A stretch of 64,000 nucleotides of DNA from Candidatus Lustribacter sp. (lineage in GTDB: Bacteria; Vulcanimicrobiota; Vulcanimicrobiia; Vulcanimicrobiales; Vulcanimicrobiaceae): the NCBI GenBank assembly GCA_965277805.1, contig OZ255842.1:3424001-3488000 (forward strand), written 5' to 3'. The position numbers and the translations under genes were made by a program. The stretch's first letter is position 1. Every line of letters starts with the position of its first letter. Below are positions 59,047 through 64,000 of this stretch, piece by piece. The notes below the pieces were generated by a model. It was given only the letters and a program-made list of their open reading frames with translations. It was not told where the DNA came from and made no database searches.

Positions 59047-62000
59047 GGCGTCACGACGATGTTGATCGGCAACGTATGCGCGACGCCGCTCGGTCCGGTT
59101 GCAACGAGGCTGATGTTATACGTGCCCTGTTGCGTGTTGCCCGACGGTCCCGACGACGTTCCGGGCACGAGCGTACCGGCAATGACCGTGCCCGGCGCAA
59201 TTGCCGACGGCGTCACGACGCCGGCCGGCAGCTGATTCGTCGAGACCGCGCCGACTTGCCCCGTACCGGCGACGATGTCGCCCGTGCCGTTTTGCAGATT
59301 CGGTGTGCCTTGACCGGGGCCGGGCGTTCCGCCGTTGCCGCCGGTTGCCGGCGTCGGCGTCGGGAGCGACGGACCGCTGCTGCCGAAACCATTACCGCTG
59401 CCGACACCGGGCAACGTGCTTCCGCCACCACCGCCGCCGCACGCCGCCAATACGGCGACGCTCAAGATCGCTGCGCCCATCGCAACTTTGCGATTGCGGC
59501 GCCACAAGAATGCGAACAGCGTGAAGATGCCGCCGGCAATCGGAAGCGCGGCATGGCGAATCGCGCGTGCCATCGGCGTGACGGAACCGCTGTTCGATCC
59601 CGTCGTCGTCAGCGTCACGTTCACGCTCACGGGCGTCGTACCGGAAACCGTGACCGGCGATGACGTGCACACGGCTCCCGTCGGCAGTCCGGAACACGTG
59701 ACCGTTACCGTACCGTTGAATGAAGACGCGCCCGTCAACGTGACCGGAATCGTCATGCTCTGTCCGGCGCCCAGCGTTTGCTGGTTCGCGATCGTCGAAC
59801 CGATGGCGAAATCCGTGACGTTGCCGTTGGTGACGTTGAACGTAACACCCGACGACATCGACGATTGATTTTCGGAATCGCCACCGTAATTTGCGGTGAT
59901 CGTATGCGATCCGGCAGCTAGCGACGTGGTGGTCAACGTTGCGCGCGCGTGCCCGTCGAGCGACGCCGTGCCGATCGTCGTGCCGCCGTCCTTATATGTA
60001 ACGGTGCCGGTCGGGACATCGGGGACGCTGCCGGAGATCGCCGCAGTGAACGTTACCGGCGATCCGAGTGCAGCGCTGCTCGACGTCGCCGAAAGCGCCG
60101 TCGTCGTTGCGAACTGTGCAACCACGAACCCGACGATCGCTGAAGTGCTCGCACCATCATTGCTGTCGCCGCCGTACGTCGCGGTCAAATTGTGCGTGCC
60201 CGCTCCGCTGAACTGCGTGGTAATCGCTGCCGAGCCGCTGGCGAGCGTTTGCGTCGAGCCGATCTGCGTGCCGCCGTCGAAAAACTTGACGGTGCCTCCA
60301 TTGGGAGGCGATGAGCCCGTAACCGTCGCCGTTAGCACGACGTTCTGGGTCGGCGCAGCGGACGACGGTGCAACGCTCAATCCGGTCGAGCTCAAGCTCG
60401 TGCCGACGTTCTCGATCACGGATCCCTGAGCGGCCGTATTGTTCGTGTCACCGCTATACGCGGCGGTAATCGTGTACTGACCCGTGTTGAGGGTCGACAG
60501 CGACACGCTGGCCGAGTTGCCCGAGAGCGCCGGCGTCCCGAGCGGCGTTCCGCCGGGATTTTTCGTGAACGCAACCGTTCCCGTAGGCGACGCGCCGGTA
60601 CTCGTCACCGTCGCGGTGAAGGTGACGTTCGTGAACGGCGTCGTCGGGTTCGGGACCGCAACAACGTTCGTCGTTGCCGTCGCTTTCGAAGCGGTGAAGG
60701 TCGCAGTCGCCGTTGACCCGCCGTCTGCGCCACTATACGTTGCAACGATCGTGTGCGACGTGCCGGACAGATTGCTCACCGTCACCGATGCTTGGCCGCC
60801 CGAGAGGGCCGGGTTTCCGATGCCGCTGCTGTTGTCGGTGAACTGTACGTTGCCGGTCGGCGTCGAGCCGTCCGAAGCGGTGACGACGGCGGTGTAGGTC
60901 GGATTCGTTCCGAGGAACGGCGTCGCCGGCGAAATCGTCAGTGCGGTCGTCGTCGACGCGTTGCCGACGACCACGGTCTGCGCCGATGACCCCGAGCCGT
61001 TGAAACTCGTCGTCGCAGCGTAGGTCGCGGTGATGCTGTGACTGCCGGTCGGCGTCGCGGTCCAATTGTAGGTCGCTTGCCCGGCGCCGTTGACCGGTCC
61101 GGTACCCAGCGTCGTCGCGCCGTCGGAGAACGTCACCGTTCCGGTCGTCACGGGTGTCGTCGTCCCACTTATGGAGACCGTGGCCGTCAGCAGGTCCGGG
61201 GAGTTCAACCCGGGCGCCGTCGTTGCTGCGGCGAGCGTCGTCGCCGTATTGGCGGGCGTGATGGTGAACGCGCCCATCGTGCCGTGCGATGCGGCGAAGT
61301 TGATCGAACTCGAATAGCAGGCGGTGATCGTGTGCGAACCCGCGCCGAGTTGCGTCGTGACCAGCGTCGCCGTTCCGTTGGCGAGCGGCGCATTTCCAAG
61401 TACGTTCGACGAGCAATTGCTCGAGCCGTCGGCGAACGCAACGCTGCCGCCGGGGACGCCCGCCGATGACGTCACGCTCGCCGTGAGCGAAACGTTGGAA
61501 CCGGCCGTCGTCGTCGGAGGCGGCGTGCCGGCCGTCGTCGTGGTCGCCGCCTGGTTGATGGTCACGGTGAATGGCGACGCGGCGCTGGACGCGGAAAACT
61601 GCGAGACCATCGGCGGCACGTACGTCGCCGTGATCGAGTGCGTCCCGCCGCCGAGTGCGGTCGTCGCTACCGAAGCGCTGCCGGCGCTAAGCGGGCCCGA
61701 TGCGATGACCGTGACATTCGGACTCGTGCCTTCAGTAAAGTTGACGGTGCCGCTCGGCGTGCCGCCCGAGCTCGTCACGGTCGACGAGAGCGTCACGCTG
61801 CTTCCGAACGTCTGCGTTGTCGGATTCGCGCTGCCGGTGGTCGTGGTGCCCGTTCCAACCGTCACGTTGATCGTGGTCGCAAACACGTACGGCGAGCCGT
61901 CGGAGTATTGGAACGCAATTGCGTGAACGCCGGCTTGCGAAATGCCGGTCGTCGTGAACGTCATGACGCCGCCGGCTCCCACCGCGACACCGGTCGAGAG

Positions 62001-62615
62001 CGTCGTGCTGGTGAGGTTGTCGAAAATCGAAATGTTTCCGGTGGCCACGGCGGCGCCGGTTGCGGGCGACGTCGCGTGACACGTCAACGTTACGCTTTGC
62101 GACGGCGCGATCGTCGAGGATGACGCCGAACATGCGATGTTCACCGGCATGTCGACCGTATAGCTGATCGACGTGGAGCTGGCGGCGTTGTTCGCGTCGC
62201 CGGCATACGACGCCGTGATCGTGTGCGCTTCGGAGATCAGCGTCGTGGGCGGATTCGATGCGCTCGGAGCCGGCTGCGTGCCGGCCGACAAACTCGTTGT
62301 CGCGGGCGTCGTGAAGACGCCGCTGGCGACCGCGCCCGACCCGAGCGTCGTCGACGTCGTCGTGTCGGTAATCGTCGTCGTGGCCGTTCCGGTAACGACG
62401 ACGCCGGTCGACGTGACCTTGGTCGTCGCGGTGAACTTGACCGACGTGCCGTAGCCGTCGGGCGATCCCGGAGTGGCGGTGAGCGTCGTGGTGGTGGGGA
62501 CCGCCGCTGCCGAAGCGATTGCCGTCTGCGAGAGGCACGCTAGGGTGAGCGCAAACAAAACCCTGCATAGAGTTTCGCAAAACCGCGTAAGCGATTGCGT
62601 CGAAACCAAGAACAC
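59043..62615 (-). CDS. Ig-like (Big_3_5-type) repeat surface protein with internal hydrophobic segment and lipobox
   Basis: About nine TTT.L...G.H.ITA.Y.GD domains, then LPIAGGIFTLFAFLWRRNRKVAMGAAILSVAVLAACGGGGGG. Stop overlaps the autotransporter start (GTGA). Exact start uncertain (GTG 62615 or TTG 62609). Confidence 0.88.
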   Translation of the reverse strand: MFLVSTQSLTRFCETLCRVLFALTLACLSQTAIASAAAVPTTTTLTATPGSPDGYGTSVKFTATTKVTSTGVVVTGTATTTITDTTTSTTLGSGAVASGVFTTPATTSLSAGTQPAPSASNPPTTLISEAHTITASYAGDANNAASSTSISYTVDMPVNIACSASSSTIAPSQSVTLTCHATSPATGAAVATGNISIFDNLTSTTLSTGVAVGAGGVMTFTTTGISQAGVHAIAFQYSDGSPYVFATTINVTVGTGTTTTGSANPTTQTFGSSVTLSSTVTSSGGTPSGTVNFTEGTSPNVTVIASGPLSAGSASVATTALGGGTHSITATYVPPMVSQFSASSAASPFTVTINQAATTTTAGTPPPTTTAGSNVSLTASVTSSAGVPGGSVAFADGSSNCSSNVLGNAPLANGTATLVTTQLGAGSHTITACYSSSINFAASHGTMGAFTITPANTATTLAAATTAPGLNSPDLLTATVSISGTTTPVTTGTVTFSDGATTLGTGPVNGAGQATYNWTATPTGSHSITATYAATTSFNGSGSSAQTVVVGNASTTTALTISPATPFLGTNPTYTAVVTASDGSTPTGNVQFTDNSSGIGNPALSGGQASVTVSNLSGTSHTIVATYSGADGGSTATATFTASKATATTNVVAVPNPTTPFTNVTFTATVTSTGASPTGTVAFTKNPGGTPLGTPALSGNSASVSLSTLNTGQYTITAAYSGDTNNTAAQGSVIENVGTSLSSTGLSVAPSSAAPTQNVVLTATVTGSSPPNGGTVKFFDGGTQIGSTQTLASGSAAITTQFSGAGTHNLTATYGGDSNDGASTSAIVGFVVAQFATTTALSATSSSAALGSPVTFTAAISGSVPDVPTGTVTYKDGGTTIGTASLDGHARATLTTTSLAAGSHTITANYGGDSENQSSMSSGVTFNVTNGNVTDFAIGSTIANQQTLGAGQSMTIPVTLTGASSFNGTVTVTCSGLPTGAVCTSSPVTVSGTTPVSVNVTLTTTGSNSGSVTPMARAIRHAALPIAGGIFTLFAFLWRRNRKVAMGAAILSVAVLAACGGGGGGSTLPGVGSGNGFGSSGPSLPTPTPATGGNGGTPGPGQGTPNLQNGTGDIVAGTGQVGAVSTNQLPAGVVTPSAIAPGTVIAGTLVPGTSSGPSGNTQQGTYNISLVATGPSGVAHTLPINIVVTP

Positions 62616-62732
62616 CCTCTCGAATTAACGCACGAAAATGGGCGCCGCATTGAACCGAATGTCGTGGGTATCGTGCTGCGCCCGCTATCGTGTTAGGTTG
62701 CCTTCGGACCAAAGCCTTTGAGCTTTGTAAGC

Positions 62733-62758
62733 GTAGTGTAAGAGGTTTGTTACACTAC
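62733..62758. promoter_or_regulatory. perfect 9-bp inverted repeat upstream of the Ig-autotransporter operon
   Basis: gtagtgtaa-gaggtttg-ttacactac within an AT-richer 324-nt intergenic region. Confidence 0.6.
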
Positions 62759-62939
62759 CGATCCTGTATTTTGGCTGGCAAGTAACCGTGAGGGAACCTT
62801 GTACTCTCAGGGAAAAAATCAATGACGGATATCACCTTTTTCGCGAACGACGCAGCGCGCGGTCTCGATATACGCGCGTAAAAAGGGTTCATCCAGATAC
62901 GTCCTGTCGTAGGGATACTCTTCAGCGAACGCGCTGCGG

Positions 62940-64000
62940 CTATTTTTTAATCGGCACGCCGCCGGGCTTGCTCACGCTGAACCAATCGCTCTTGACCGGG
63001 TCCCAGCGGACCATGATGACGCCGCTTTCGCCGAGGCCGCGCTGCGGATAGGTCTTGAAATCGTAGCGGCCGTTCACGCCGGTGAAGTTTTGCAAATTCG
63101 CCAGGTAATCGTGCACTTGCGCGGCGGTCGCATTCGTGCCGAGTGTGCGCAGCGCTTGGATCACCTGAAGGCCCGGATCCCACGGCGTGCTCTGGGTGAC
63201 GTCGGGCTTGACGCCGATCACCGCCATTGCATCGAAGAACGCCTTTTGCGCGTTCTTCGTCGGACCGTCGGTTACGCCGTCGACCGCGGCGATTTCCGGG
63301 TTCGGGAAATACAGCTCCTTCGGTAGGAACGCCGCGTACTGTTTCATCTGCACGTGGGTCGAGTTCGCGTTCGAGGTGACGACCGGGATGTTGAGCGCGA
63401 CGTCTTGGATGCCGCGGAGAACCGTTGCGGCCGGCGTTCCCGCAGCCCATGCGATCAAGGCTTGCGGTTGCGCGGCCTTGATCCGCGCCAGTTGCGCGGT
63501 CACGCTCAGGTCGGCCGGGTTGAAGTGCTCGCGTGCGACGAGCGCGCCGCCGGTCGCGGCGAACGCCGCATCGATCGCGCGATCGGCTTCCTGACCGCTC
63601 GCATCGGTCGTCGTGATCGCGGCGATGCGCGAGAGACCGAGCGCCCGCAGATATTTGATCGAAACGGCGACGGTGTCGGTGATGCCGGTGCTGGCCGAGA
63701 ACACGTAGCTGCCCGGCGGCGGACGCAGCGCGGGCGAGAGGCAGTAGTCGACCGGTCCGTCTTTCGCGACGATCGGCAAGATGGCGCCGCACGTCGAACC
63801 GAACGACCCGCCGAAAATTACCGCCGGCTTCTTCGCGATCGCGTCGTTGGCGAGCTGTACCGCCGTCTGCGGGTTGGTCTGATCGTCTTCAAAGACGAAT
63901 TTCACCGGCTGGCCGTTGATGCCGCCGTTCTTGTTCACGTAAAGCTCGAGCGCTTGCAGTCCCTGTTGCGTCGTCGTGCCCACGAAGGCGCCGACCCCGG
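62940..64000 (-). CDS. LivK-like substrate-binding protein (5' end outside the window)
   Basis: GGINGQPV, DDQTNPQ, C-terminal SKPGGVPIKK; paralog of 28056-29240. Confidence 0.9.
   Translation of the reverse strand, partial: GVGAFVGTTTQQGLQALELYVNKNGGINGQPVKFVFEDDQTNPQTAVQLANDAIAKKPAVIFGGSFGSTCGAILPIVAKDGPVDYCLSPALRPPPGSYVFSASTGITDTVAVSIKYLRALGLSRIAAITTTDASGQEADRAIDAAFAATGGALVAREHFNPADLSVTAQLARIKAAQPQALIAWAAGTPAATVLRGIQDVALNIPVVTSNANSTHVQMKQYAAFLPKELYFPNPEIAAVDGVTDGPTKNAQKAFFDAMAVIGVKPDVTQSTPWDPGLQVIQALRTLGTNATAAQVHDYLANLQNFTGVNGRYDFKTYPQRGLGESGVIMVRWDPVKSDWFSVSKPGGVPIKK

Overview
GC-rich bacterial window, densely coding. I saw no rRNA, tRNA, CRISPR array or intact mobile element. The protein styles suggest Eremiobacterota/Vulcanimicrobiota, but that is inference only. 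Left half (1-35 kb): a DUF3500 / flavin monooxygenase / NitT-TauT ABC / FAH / BNR-propeller catabolic operon; scattered aromatic ring-cleavage-type genes (MhpA-like, VOC dioxygenase, MhpC-like hydrolase, LLM, TauD, second FAH); two MFS pumps; an S53 peptidase; a LuxR-STAND regulator facing two secreted lipoproteins; an ArsR-SRPBCC-DUF899 operon; several orphan solute-binding proteins, one of them a pseudogene. Right half (35-63 kb): a candidate cell-surface system. It has a 1190-aa Ig-repeat protein whose last Ig domain appears split by an internal hydrophobic segment plus lipobox, translationally coupled to a 7956-aa glycine-rich repeat autotransporter that contains a 6x6 higher-order repeat. 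An IalB-family gene converges on the autotransporter with a 2-nt gap. All calls rest on motif recognition by eye; no searches were run.
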